Below, piece after piece: positions 7,125-15,819 of a DNA stretch of 50,248 nucleotides. The DNA is from an uncultured bacterium (lineage in GTDB: Bacteria; Patescibacteriota; Minisyncoccia; Phycocordibacterales; UBA9973): NCBI GenBank assembly GCA_903888625.1, contig CAISUD010000060.1:1-50248 (forward strand), written 5' to 3'. The first letter of the stretch is position 1; each line of letters begins with the position of its first letter. A program made the position numbers and the translations under genes. The notes under the pieces are model-generated. The model searched no databases. It had not been told where the DNA came from and saw nothing but the letters and a program-made list of their open reading frames with translations.

Positions 7125-8888
7125 ATGGAATATAAAAACGAAACAAAAAACTGTCAGAATTGTAAAAATGAGTTTGTAATCGAACCAGATGATTTTGGAT
7201 TTTATGAAAAAATAAATGTTCCACCTCCAACTTTTTGTCCAGAGTGTAGAATGAAAAGAAGAATGATTTGGAGGAATATAAGATTTTTAACTAAAGGCAA
7301 AGATGCTAAAGGGAACGAAATATTTATGTGTATTCATCCAAAAGCAAAGATTCCAGTGTACGAGTTTTCTTATTGGAACAGCGACAACTGGGGTGCTTTG
7401 AGTTTTGGCAGAGAATATATTTTTACTAAAAACTTTTTTGATCAGTTTCGAGATCTTTTTTATTCTGTGCCATTTCCAGCAAAAACTATTCAGAGATCGA
7501 TTAATTCTGATTATTCAAATAATTGTGATGATATGAAAAATACTTATTTGTGTTTCAATGCTACTTTCTTGGAAGACTGTGCTTATTGCATCGGTGCTAG
7601 TAAGTTAAAAAATTGTTTTGATATGAGTACTTGTTATGAAGATGAACTTTGTTATGAAAGTGTTCGAGTAGATAAAAGTTACCACACTATTGGATCTTAT
7701 ATGTGTGATAGCTGTGTAGATGTCTATTTTTCCAAGGATTGTGTGGGTTGTAATAATTGCTTTGGGTGTGTAAATTTGCGTAATTCTTCTTATAAAATAT
7801 TTAACGTACAATACACAAGGGAAGAATATATTAAGAAATTAGAAACATATAATTTACATACTTGGGGAGGTTTTTCTAAGGCGAAAAAAGAGGCTGAAAA
7901 TTTTTGGAGAAAGTTCCCGATAAAATATATGCTTGGTTTTCGGAATCATATGGTTTCAGGAGAAGATATAAAAGATAGCAGAAATGCAATTAATTGTTAT
8001 GGGGTAAAAGGAGCTGAAAATATTAAATATGTGCAAGATGCTTCTTTTGGTGGAGCTAGTAACTCTTATGATTTTACAAGTTGGGGATTAAACGTGTCTC
8101 AATTGTATGAATGCTTAGTGTGCGGAGAAAACCTTTATGATTTGAAGTTTTGTTATAATTGCTATCCTGACTGTCGAGAACTTGAATATTGTATTCAAAT
8201 GAGAAGATCTAAAAATTGTTTTGGATGTGTAGGGCTTAGAGATAAACAATATTGTGTTTTGAACAAACAATTTTCTAAAGAAGAGTATTGTTCACTAGTT
8301 GAAAAAATCAAGAAACAAATGGAAGAAATTCCTTTTATTGATAAAAAAGGAAATATATATAAATATGGGGAATTTTTTCCAAGCGATCTTTCTCCTTTTG
8401 CTTATAATGAGACTTATTTAAATGATCATTTTCCTTCCAACAAAGAAGAGGTTGAGAATATTGGTTTTAATTGGCGAGATGCAGAAAAAAGAGAATATGC
8501 AACCACTTTGGATTTTAGTGAATTAGTCGAATCTATTAAAGAGGCAGATGAATCAATAACTAAAGAAGTAATAAAATGTTCAGCCTGTAATAAAGCATAT
8601 CGGATTTTAAATAGCGAGTTTAGTTTTTTAAAAAATTTAAATTTACCATTGCCTAGAAAATGTAATAATTGTAGATTTTCCGATAGACAAAAGTTTATAG
8701 TTCCACCAAAATTTACAGAAGCTCAATGTATGTGTGGAGGAGAACAATCTATGAATTTTAAGTATAAAAATACTAGAATACATGATTTTCATAGAGGAGG
8801 AGAATGTCAAAATTTTTTTATGACCGCTTATGACTCTCAAAAAGATATTATTTATTGTGAAAAATGTTATCAGCAGGAAGTTTATTAA
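7125..8888 (+). CDS. cysteine-rich zinc-ribbon-flanked repeat protein, unknown function (paralogue 2)
   Basis: Same architecture as 5403-7100. The first 57 nt and last 38 nt are identical at DNA level to paralogue 1. Confidence 0.75.
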   Translation: MEYKNETKNCQNCKNEFVIEPDDFGFYEKINVPPPTFCPECRMKRRMIWRNIRFLTKGKDAKGNEIFMCIHPKAKIPVYEFSYWNSDNWGALSFGREYIFTKNFFDQFRDLFYSVPFPAKTIQRSINSDYSNNCDDMKNTYLCFNATFLEDCAYCIGASKLKNCFDMSTCYEDELCYESVRVDKSYHTIGSYMCDSCVDVYFSKDCVGCNNCFGCVNLRNSSYKIFNVQYTREEYIKKLETYNLHTWGGFSKAKKEAENFWRKFPIKYMLGFRNHMVSGEDIKDSRNAINCYGVKGAENIKYVQDASFGGASNSYDFTSWGLNVSQLYECLVCGENLYDLKFCYNCYPDCRELEYCIQMRRSKNCFGCVGLRDKQYCVLNKQFSKEEYCSLVEKIKKQMEEIPFIDKKGNIYKYGEFFPSDLSPFAYNETYLNDHFPSNKEEVENIGFNWRDAEKREYATTLDFSELVESIKEADESITKEVIKCSACNKAYRILNSEFSFLKNLNLPLPRKCNNCRFSDRQKFIVPPKFTEAQCMCGGEQSMNFKYKNTRIHDFHRGGECQNFFMTAYDSQKDIIYCEKCYQQEVY

Positions 8889-8897
8889 TTTATTAAA

Positions 8898-9506
8898 ATG
8901 AAAATTTTTGAAATATTACCTTTAATACAAATGGTTGGACTTATTGGAATATATTGCTTTATTTTTGCCGAGTCGGGATTATTTTTTGGATTTTTTTTGC
9001 CAGGAGATTCACTGCTATTTACCGCTGGAGTTTTGGCTTCGGCTGGATATTTTAATTTTGGATTTTTATTTATAGGTTGTTTTGTTTGTGCAGTATTGGG
9101 AGATTCAGTTGGTTATTATTTTGGTACAAAAGTTGGCCCTAAAATTTTTACCCGGCAAGATTCTTTTTTTTGGAATCAAAAAAATATAGAGAAGACAAAT
9201 AATTTTTATAAAAAATATGGGAATAAAACAATAACACTGGCTCGATTTGTGCCAATTATTCGCACTTTTGCTCCTATTATGGCTGGGGTTGGAAAAATGA
9301 AATACAAAGTATTTTTATTGTGGAACATATTAGGCGGTTTCCTGTGGGTAGGCGTGGTGACTACGCTCGGGTATTTTTTAGGGAACCATATAAAAAATAT
9401 TGATAAAATTATTTTACCAATAATTCTTTTGATAATTTTTATTTCTATCGTACCAATATTATTTCAATTTATTCGAGAGAGAAAAAAGATTGACCCAAGG
9501 TCTTAA
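8898..9506 (+). CDS. DedA-family membrane protein
   Basis: FAESGLFFGFFLPGDSLLFTAGVLAS and LARFVPIIRTFAPIMAG motifs of DedA/SNARE-associated proteins. Multiple TM helices. Confidence 0.8.
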   Translation: MKIFEILPLIQMVGLIGIYCFIFAESGLFFGFFLPGDSLLFTAGVLASAGYFNFGFLFIGCFVCAVLGDSVGYYFGTKVGPKIFTRQDSFFWNQKNIEKTNNFYKKYGNKTITLARFVPIIRTFAPIMAGVGKMKYKVFLLWNILGGFLWVGVVTTLGYFLGNHIKNIDKIILPIILLIIFISIVPILFQFIRERKKIDPRS

Positions 9507-9524
9507 AAATGCTAATTTTATCTT

Positions 9525-9548
9525 ATGCGCGGTTAGCTCAGTTGTAGC
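9525..9548 (+). pseudogene. 5' fragment of tRNA-Val (duplicate)
   Basis: atgcgcggttagctcagttg (9525-9544) is identical to 9595-9614, the start of the intact tRNA-Val. It diverges afterwards and cannot fold as a cloverleaf. Confidence 0.7.
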
Positions 9549-9564
9549 GACGCGTGGAAAACAC

Positions 9565-9573
9565 TGTTATAAT
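9565..9573 (+). promoter_or_regulatory. extended -10 box TGtTATAAT upstream of tRNA-Val
   Basis: Perfect TGnTATAAT, 23 nt upstream of the tRNA 5' end. Confidence 0.45.
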
Positions 9574-9596
9574 CAATTTGTAATATCATATACAAT

Positions 9597-9669
9597 GCGC
9601 GGTTAGCTCAGTTGGTAGAGCAACCCGTTTACACCGGGAAGGTCGCAGGTTCGAGTCCTGCACCGCGCA
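9597..9669 (+). tRNA. tRNA-Val (anticodon UAC)
   Basis: GCGCGGT/ACCGCGC acceptor, D-arm GCTCAGTTGGTAGAGC, anticodon loop TTTACAC, T-arm GCAGGTTCGAGTCCTGC. Confidence 0.9.
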
Positions 9670-9675
9670 CACAAT

Positions 9676-9747
9676 GCCCTCGTAGTTCAATGGATAGAAC
9701 AGAGCTCTTCTAAGGCTTTGATGTAGGTTCGATTCCTACCGAGGGCA
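9676..9747 (+). tRNA. tRNA-Arg (anticodon UCU)
   Basis: GCCCTCG/CGAGGGC acceptor, anticodon loop CTTCTAA (stem has two G-U pairs), T-arm GTAGGTTCGATTCCTAC. Confidence 0.8.
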
Positions 9748-9749
9748 CA

Positions 9750-10472
9750 ATGAAAATAAAAGTCCTATATGAAGACAAAGATATTTTAGCCATAGATAAA
9801 CCAAGTGGTATTTCGGTGCACCCTGATGGTAAGAGTAAAGAATTAACAATTACTGATTGGGTGCTTAAAAATTATCCAAAAATAAAAGGGGTTGGCGAAC
9901 CAATAACTTTTAACAACCAAGAAATCGATCGCCCGGGGATTGTTCATCGATTAGACAAAGATACTTCGGGAGTTTTACTTTTAGCAAAAAATCAAAAAGC
10001 TTATGAATTTTTAAAGAATCAATTTAAAGGGAGGGAAATAAAAAAAATATATCACGCAATAGTTTCTGGTTGGGTAAATCCGCCAGCTGGCAGAGACAAT
10101 GGAATAATCAATAAACCGATTGGCAGAAGCCCGAGTGATTTTCGTAGGCGTTTGGCGGGGCGCGGGGCCAGAGGAGAACTGCGTGAAGCAGTTACAGAGT
10201 ATAAGGTTTTGAAAAAATTTACCTCTGGAGAAAAATTTACTTATTTAGAAGTAAAACCAAAAACTGGTAGAACTCACCAAATTCGGGTGCATTTGAAATT
10301 TTTAAATCATCCAGTTGTTGGGGATACTTTATATAACCCCAAAGGGCCAAAGTTGAAAGGTATTGATCGTTTAGCTCTCCATGCGAAGTCTATTGAATTT
10401 AAAAATCTAAAAGGTGAAACCGTCAAAATAGAATCACCACTACCGAAAGAGTTTTTGAAAATTGAGAAATAA
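9750..10472 (+). CDS. RluA-family pseudouridine synthase
   Basis: Catalytic motif HRLDKDTSGVLLLAK and C-terminal TGRTHQIRVH. Confidence 0.9.
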   Translation: MKIKVLYEDKDILAIDKPSGISVHPDGKSKELTITDWVLKNYPKIKGVGEPITFNNQEIDRPGIVHRLDKDTSGVLLLAKNQKAYEFLKNQFKGREIKKIYHAIVSGWVNPPAGRDNGIINKPIGRSPSDFRRRLAGRGARGELREAVTEYKVLKKFTSGEKFTYLEVKPKTGRTHQIRVHLKFLNHPVVGDTLYNPKGPKLKGIDRLALHAKSIEFKNLKGETVKIESPLPKEFLKIEK

Positions 10473-10482
10473 ATATAAAATT

Positions 10483-11283
10483 ATGGAAAAGAGCATATTA
10501 AAGAATCAAACAAAAATATTACGCTTAGCCCACTATAATATTTTTAAAGGTGGAGAAAAACGAATAGATGATATTTTTACTGTTATAAGAGAAATTAATG
10601 CTGATATCATTGGTATGCTGGAAGCAGTTAGCTGGCAAAAAAATAATAGTCAAATTAAAAAAAATATTCAAAAATCAGGATATAAGTTTTATAAATTAGC
10701 TATTGCAAATTCAAAATACAATATTGCTATTCTTTCAAAGATTCCAGTTTATGTAAGATGTATTAAAAATGGATTTAGGCATACGTTGGTGCAGGTTTTA
10801 TTGAAAGAAGGTAAATATAAGGGATTTTGTGTTTTTTTTGTTCATTTATCTCCAGTGTCAGAGGAAGACAGGCTAAAAGAATTAGAAAAGGTATTAGAAT
10901 TTGTTTCAAAATTTCCTAAATCAATTATTATGGGAGATTTTAATTCGCTTTCCCCGCATGATACTTATAATAAAGAAAAACTTTTATCATTTTTTAAGAA
11001 TAATAATATTACAAAATTTGGTAAAGAAAATTTATGTTTTGAAGTTATCTCAAAAATAGAATCATATGGGTTAATTGATGCAATGATTTATCTTGGTAAA
11101 AAATTTGATTATTCTGTTCCAACTCCATATAACACCGATATTAATCATTCAATGAAAATAAGAGTTGATTATGGTTTTCTTTCAAAAAAAATAATAAAAA
11201 GATTATGTAAAACAGAATTATATAAAACGAATATTTCTAATCTTGCCTCAGATCACTATCCTTTTTTTCTTGATATAAAATAA
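10483..11283 (+). CDS. endonuclease/exonuclease/phosphatase (EEP) family protein
   Basis: LAHYNIFKGG, MLEA, GDFNSLSP and SDHYPFFLDI motifs. Start placed at the Met after the rluA stop overlap. Confidence 0.7.
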   Translation: MEKSILKNQTKILRLAHYNIFKGGEKRIDDIFTVIREINADIIGMLEAVSWQKNNSQIKKNIQKSGYKFYKLAIANSKYNIAILSKIPVYVRCIKNGFRHTLVQVLLKEGKYKGFCVFFVHLSPVSEEDRLKELEKVLEFVSKFPKSIIMGDFNSLSPHDTYNKEKLLSFFKNNNITKFGKENLCFEVISKIESYGLIDAMIYLGKKFDYSVPTPYNTDINHSMKIRVDYGFLSKKIIKRLCKTELYKTNISNLASDHYPFFLDIK

Positions 11284-11284
11284 A

Positions 11285-11319
11285 AAAGAAGTGGTTGTTA
11301 AATTTGCAGCCACTTCTTT
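11285..11319. terminator. bidirectional terminator hairpin between convergent genes
   Basis: aaagaagtggttg / cagccacttcttt stem, with flanking A and T runs. Confidence 0.7.
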
Positions 11320-11323
11320 GTCG

Positions 11324-12205
11324 CTAGACACATATTTGTGCCTGCATTAAGATTTTAATTTTATCCATTCGTTCTTTTTTAGTAAGATTATATGGACAAA
11401 AGTTGCTTGATAGGTTAAAAATTTCTTTTAGAAATATTTTTCTATCACCATTTGAAGGAATTAATTTTAATGCTAATTCTCTGATTCCATCTGGGTCATT
11501 TAAATTTAATTGATCAAATGCATCATTAACTTCTAAGTGATCCAAAAACGTGGTAAAGAAATTTTTTGCTTTAGCCGCTAATTCATACCCAAGAGCATTG
11601 TGAATACAGCATAAAATATCGTTTTCTGTAAAACCAACATTTTGTTCTAGTATAGCAAAACGAAATCGGCGTAATATTCCCATTGGATCAAACTTTCTTT
11701 TTAATTCCTCTTGAATAGTTTTTTGATTTGTAGGATTCGGAAAATGTACAATATATTTTTCTCCATATTTTACTAATGGGGGAAAAGTATCTACATAATA
11801 AATTTCATTATTAGGTCCGATGCAAAAGTTTGATAATCTAGCATCAATTCCAACTTCAGGAGTTTTTTGTTCTAAAACTCCTTTCATTGCTGTAAGCATT
11901 TTTTCTATTATTAGAAGTTCAGCTTTTCCTCCTTGAAATATTTTTTCTATGTCAAGTCCAACATAAGGAGACTGCTGTATTGCTTTTCCATCTTTTTCAA
12001 AACAAAGATAAGGAGAAGCCAGTGGAACTCCAAGTTTTGATAGTTTTTCTCTAAAAAAAATACTTACTTCATTAACCCATGAGATATTTGTAATATTAAC
12101 ATCCTTAGGTGCAATTTCTTTTTCGACTATTATTCCTCTGCCATTGTTTATGCAGGAGACTAGAGCATAGTTAGACTCTATCTGCCAAATTATTTCTCTT
12201 CCCAT
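11324..12205 (-). CDS. hypothetical protein, possible protein-kinase-like fold
   Basis: GIDARLSNFCIG (D-x4-N catalytic-loop-like) followed by IYYVDTFPP (DFG-like). Otherwise no recognisable family. Confidence 0.35.
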   Translation of the reverse strand: MGREIIWQIESNYALVSCINNGRGIIVEKEIAPKDVNITNISWVNEVSIFFREKLSKLGVPLASPYLCFEKDGKAIQQSPYVGLDIEKIFQGGKAELLIIEKMLTAMKGVLEQKTPEVGIDARLSNFCIGPNNEIYYVDTFPPLVKYGEKYIVHFPNPTNQKTIQEELKRKFDPMGILRRFRFAILEQNVGFTENDILCCIHNALGYELAAKAKNFFTTFLDHLEVNDAFDQLNLNDPDGIRELALKLIPSNGDRKIFLKEIFNLSSNFCPYNLTKKERMDKIKILMQAQICV

Positions 12206-12240
12206 GTCTTTTTTGTCTTTTTCTATTATGTGTAAATTTT

Positions 12241-12289
12241 TAGGATTATCTAAAACTCTAAATCTAAAATAGAGGCTTAGATAATCCTA
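12241..12289. promoter_or_regulatory. perfect 13-bp inverted repeat (possible operator)
   Basis: taggattatctaa (12241-12253) and ttagataatccta (12277-12289), about 35 nt upstream of the start of the minus-strand gene. Confidence 0.35.
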
Positions 12290-12422
12290 TAAACAAACTC
12301 ATTTTTTTCAAAGATTTTTCTTAAAAATATCATATAAAAGGAATATAGTAAAGTTTAATTTGTGTATATCTTTCATCACACAATTTGCTTTTAGAAAAAT
12401 TTTATGATAGAGTGTGTTAATT

Positions 12423-12881
12423 ATGACAGTTACAAAAATAAAATTTAGTCCGGTAGATATTGAGGCTCGCAAGAAGCTTACTTTTGGTGCTGGAGACACA
12501 GTTCGAGTTTGGTCCAAAATTGCTGAAGAAAAGGTTTCAACTAAGGCAAATAAAAAAGCTGAAAAAATCATTAAATTCCGTTTACAGGCTTTTGAAGGGA
12601 TAGTTTTAGCTCGAAAACATGGAACCGAAGCTGGAGCTACTTTTACTGTTCGTCGAATTGCTTCTGGAGTTGGAGTAGAGAGAATTTTCCCTCTTTTTTC
12701 CCCAATGGTAGAAAAAATTGAAATAGTTAAAAAATCTCGAGCTCGAAGATCAAAACTTTATTACATTCGAACCAAAGCTATCAAAGACGTTCGCCGAAAA
12801 ATGCGTTCAGTCACAATGCAAGAAGGGGACGAATCCCTCGACTCCGCTCAAGATGATTCTTCAGTAAAAGAATCAGAATAA
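12423..12881 (+). CDS. rplS: 50S ribosomal protein L19
   Basis: GDTVRVWSKI ... RLQAFEGIVLARKHG ... FTVRRIASGVGVERIFPLFSP. Carries an internal insert and an acidic C-terminal tail. Alternative GTG start at 12414. Confidence 0.9.
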   Translation: MTVTKIKFSPVDIEARKKLTFGAGDTVRVWSKIAEEKVSTKANKKAEKIIKFRLQAFEGIVLARKHGTEAGATFTVRRIASGVGVERIFPLFSPMVEKIEIVKKSRARRSKLYYIRTKAIKDVRRKMRSVTMQEGDESLDSAQDDSSVKESE

Positions 12882-12892
12882 AAATTTTAATC

Positions 12893-12926
12893 AAAAAAAT
12901 CCATTTCACAAAAATGGATTTTTTTG
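12893..12926 (+). terminator. rho-independent terminator
   Basis: aaaaaaatccattt / aaatggattttttt stem with a 5-nt loop. Confidence 0.75.
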
Positions 12927-12941
12927 ATAGAGTTGTTATAT

Positions 12942-13024
12942 GCGCAGGTGGAGAAACGGTAGACTCGCAACCTTGAGGTGGTTGTGCTCGTAAGGGCGTG
13001 GAGGTTCAAATCCTCTCCTGCGCA
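12942..13024 (+). tRNA. tRNA-Leu (anticodon GAG)
   Basis: GCGCAGG/CCTGCGC acceptor, anticodon stem-loop CAACC TTGAGGT GGTTG, long variable arm, T-loop TTCAAAT. Confidence 0.85.
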
Positions 13025-13048
13025 CATTAAAATTAATTAAAAAATTTT

Positions 13049-13618
13049 ATGTTATATACAAAAAAAGGGGATGATGGGAAGACGAAGACTTTTGGTTGCG
13101 ATCAGAGAATTTCAAAAAGTTCAGCTATTGCTGAAGCTCTTGGTGCACTCGATGAGATAAATTCATATTTAGGACTTTGCAAAATTAAAGCAATTAAGGA
13201 GAATAAAAAAAATTCTAATTTTTTAAAAATAAATAATCTTAATTTTGAAGATATTATTTTAAATGTTCAAGAAAATCTTTTTATAATTCAAGCAGAAGTT
13301 GCCGGTTCAAAAATCTTTCTCGGTGAAGAAAAAGTAAACGAATTGGAAGAAATCATAAAGGCAATTGAAAAAGAATTACCACCAATAAAATCATTTTTTA
13401 TTTCTGGTGGAGTGAAGTTGGCAGTATATTTTGATATTGCCAGGACCATAGCAAGGCGAGCCGAAAGGCGAGTGGTAGAAGTAAGTGAAGAAAATAAAAT
13501 TGAAGTTAATAAAAATACACTGGCATATTTAAACCGTCTTTCAAGTTTATTATATGCACTCGCTAGACTTACCAACCATAAATTTGGTATAACTGAAGAG
13601 AGCCCTGATTATAAATAG
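13049..13618 (+). CDS. PduO-type ATP:cob(I)alamin adenosyltransferase family protein
   Basis: N-terminal YTKKGDDGKT motif and C-terminal LNRLSSLLYALAR helix typical of the family. Confidence 0.8.
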   Translation: MLYTKKGDDGKTKTFGCDQRISKSSAIAEALGALDEINSYLGLCKIKAIKENKKNSNFLKINNLNFEDIILNVQENLFIIQAEVAGSKIFLGEEKVNELEEIIKAIEKELPPIKSFFISGGVKLAVYFDIARTIARRAERRVVEVSEENKIEVNKNTLAYLNRLSSLLYALARLTNHKFGITEESPDYK

Positions 13619-13627
13619 GGTATATAT

Positions 13628-13700
13628 GGTGCCTATAGTGTAATGGTTAGCACTAGGGTTTGTGGAACCCTCAGTTCGAGTTCGAATCTCGATAGGCACC
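13628..13700 (+). tRNA. tRNA-His (anticodon GUG)
   Basis: Extra G-1 before GTGCCTA, anticodon loop TTGTGGA, T-arm TCGAGTTCGAATCTCGA, discriminator C. Confidence 0.9.
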
Positions 13701-13816
13701 CAAAATTTTATTAATATTATTTTAATATTCGACATTTACAATTTAAGACAGAAATAAATTGTTCTTTTCTTATTTTATGGTCGATTATTTAATAGTTTAG
13801 CTAAATTCAAAAATTT

Positions 13817-13990
13817 ATGACAAAAAGCTCTAAAACTACTCTGGTAACTATTGGTATTATTCTACTAGTACTTGGAATAATCGGTATGATAGCCAGCTTT
13901 CATGTAACTTGGATGTGGTTGCTCTTGATTTTGGGGGTAATCGGAATCCTCTTCGGTTGGTCAGCTAAGAGCGAAAACCAAATGAAATAA
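13817..13990 (+). CDS. 57-aa two-helix membrane protein (below the ORF-track cutoff)
   Basis: Hand translation gives MTKSSKTTLVTIGIILLVLGIIGMIASFHVTWMWLLLILGVIGILFGWSAKSENQMK. A terminator follows directly. Confidence 0.5.
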   Translation: MTKSSKTTLVTIGIILLVLGIIGMIASFHVTWMWLLLILGVIGILFGWSAKSENQMK

Positions 13991-13998
13991 TCGAAACT

Positions 13999-14030
13999 AA
14001 AAGCGTCTCCGAAGAAGGCGCTTTTAGTTT
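13999..14030 (+). terminator. rho-independent terminator
   Basis: aaaagcgtct / aggcgctttt stem (one G-U pair), then a T-rich tail. Confidence 0.7.
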
Positions 14031-14065
14031 GGGTAGTTTTAGAAATTAAAATTTTTTTAAAAAAA

Positions 14066-14074
14066 TGTTATGAT
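14066..14074 (+). promoter_or_regulatory. extended -10 box (TGtTATGAT), predicted leaderless start
   Basis: The hexamer ends 6 nt before ATG 14081. Confidence 0.45.
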
Positions 14075-14080
14075 ATTTTA

Positions 14081-15769
14081 ATGACTCAAAATGAAGCATT
14101 AGATATTTTGAAAACTGGAGCGAATGTTTTTTTGACTGGGGAACCTGGCGCTGGAAAAACTTATACTATTAATGAGTATATCCGATATTTACGTGAGCAT
14201 GAAATAGAAACAGCTATTACTGCCTCGACGGGAATTGCCGCGACCCATATCGGTGGGATGACGATTCATTCTTGGAGTGGCATTGGAATAAAAAATAAAT
14301 TAACTAAATATGATTTAGATAAAATAAGTTGCAATGAATATGTGTGCCGAAGAATTCGCCGAGCGAAGGTTTTAATAATTGACGAAGTCTCGATGCTTTC
14401 AGCCGATACTCTTTTGATGATCGAAGCTGTCTGTCGCGAAGTAAAACAAAAAGCAGAAATTTTTGGTGGCTTACAAGTTATTTTTGTGGGTGATTTTTTC
14501 CAATTACCACCAATAGTAAAAAATTTTGAGCAAGACCCTCAAAGTTCGCTTTATGAAAATAAAACGGAATCAATTTTTGCTTGCAATTCTATCGTTTGGG
14601 AGAGAGCCCGACCAATAATTTGCTATTTAGATGAGCAATATCGCCAAGACGATACAGATTTTTTAACTATTCTCTCAGCGATTCGAGCAAACTCATTTTG
14701 CGAGAGTCATTTAGAAAAGATAAAATCTCGGAAGGTTGAAAAAACAAAGTTACCAAAAAATGTCCCGAAACTTTATTCGCATAATTTTAATGTTGATTTT
14801 GTGAATACTGAAACTTTGGCAAAAATTGAAAAAGAAATTGAAACTTTTGAGATGTCTGCTGTTGGGCATTCAGCTTTGACTACGATTCTAAAAAAAGGTT
14901 GTTTGTCACCAGAGATTCTGTCGCTTAAGATTGGAGCTGAAGTGATGTTTACTAAAAATAATCAAAAAGAAGGTTTTGTGAATGGCACTTTGGGCACGGT
15001 GGTTGATTTTTCACGAGGGACGAGATATCCAATTGTTAAAACTAGGAGTGGACGAACGATAGAAGTAGAACCGATGGAGTGGGTAGTCGAAGAGAATGGC
15101 AAAATTCGGGCTAGAATCATCCAAATTCCACTTCGTTTGGCTTGGGCGATAACAGTGCACAAAAGCCAAGGAATGAGCATGGATTCGGCCATTATGGACT
15201 TGTCGGAAGTTTTTGAATATGGGCAAGGTTATGTGGCTTTGTCGCGAGTGCGTCGGCTCTCGGGGATTTATTTAATCGGAATAAATGAAAAAGCATTTAA
15301 GGTGCATCCAGAAGTTTTATTAAAAGATAAAAATTTTAAAAAAGAATCGGCTGAAGCAAAAAAAATGTTTGGGGAAATACCACAAGACGAACTCCAAAAA
15401 ATGCATGAGAATTTCATCATAGCTTCCGGCGGGGAAATAAAAGTAAGCGGAAAAATAAGAAAAGAAAAGAAAGAAAGAAGGTGGGAGAAAACTCTGGAAT
15501 TAATAAAAAGTGGTAAAACAATAGCCGAAGTTGCAAAAGAGAGGAGTCGAACGGGAGAAACAATCATAGAACACCTAGAGGAGTTAAAAAAAATTAATAA
15601 ATTACCAATCAAAGAAATTAATCACATTTTTGCAAAAGATGATTCTAAAATTAAAAAAATTTATCCTGTTTTAAAAAAAATGGGGCCCGAACCATTAAGA
15701 CCAATTTTTGACCATTTCAAAGGCCAATTTTCTTACGAAACTATCCGTTTAGCCAGGTTGCTATTATAA
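14081..15769 (+). CDS. Pif1/RecD-like superfamily-1 DNA helicase with C-terminal HTH region
   Basis: Walker A GEPGAGKTY, Walker B LIIDEVSM, GDFFQLPPI, ITVHKSQGMSMD, ALSRVR. Confidence 0.9.
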   Translation: MTQNEALDILKTGANVFLTGEPGAGKTYTINEYIRYLREHEIETAITASTGIAATHIGGMTIHSWSGIGIKNKLTKYDLDKISCNEYVCRRIRRAKVLIIDEVSMLSADTLLMIEAVCREVKQKAEIFGGLQVIFVGDFFQLPPIVKNFEQDPQSSLYENKTESIFACNSIVWERARPIICYLDEQYRQDDTDFLTILSAIRANSFCESHLEKIKSRKVEKTKLPKNVPKLYSHNFNVDFVNTETLAKIEKEIETFEMSAVGHSALTTILKKGCLSPEILSLKIGAEVMFTKNNQKEGFVNGTLGTVVDFSRGTRYPIVKTRSGRTIEVEPMEWVVEENGKIRARIIQIPLRLAWAITVHKSQGMSMDSAIMDLSEVFEYGQGYVALSRVRRLSGIYLIGINEKAFKVHPEVLLKDKNFKKESAEAKKMFGEIPQDELQKMHENFIIASGGEIKVSGKIRKEKKERRWEKTLELIKSGKTIAEVAKERSRTGETIIEHLEELKKINKLPIKEINHIFAKDDSKIKKIYPVLKKMGPEPLRPIFDHFKGQFSYETIRLARLLL

Positions 15770-15771
15770 AT

Positions 15772-15815
15772 CCACTAGGTCTTGCCTAGTGGGTTAGGGC
15801 GGAGGCGTTGCCTCC
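15772..15815. terminator. two hairpins between convergent genes
   Basis: ccactagg-tcttg-cctagtgg and ggaggc-gtt-gcctcc. Confidence 0.6.
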
Positions 15816-15819
15816 ACTT

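Noticed and set aside
7740-7769. CVGCNNCFGC (CxxCxxCxxC) read as a 4Fe-4S ferredoxin motif.
   Set aside because: The ferredoxin signature is CxxCxxCxxxCP. The spacing and context here differ and the motif is part of a longer repeat, so no Fe-S call is made.
9525-9548. The tRNA-Val fragment interpreted as an att site of an integrated element.
   Set aside because: It duplicates the 5' end rather than the usual 3' end, only 50 nt are enclosed, and no integrase or foreign genes are adjacent.
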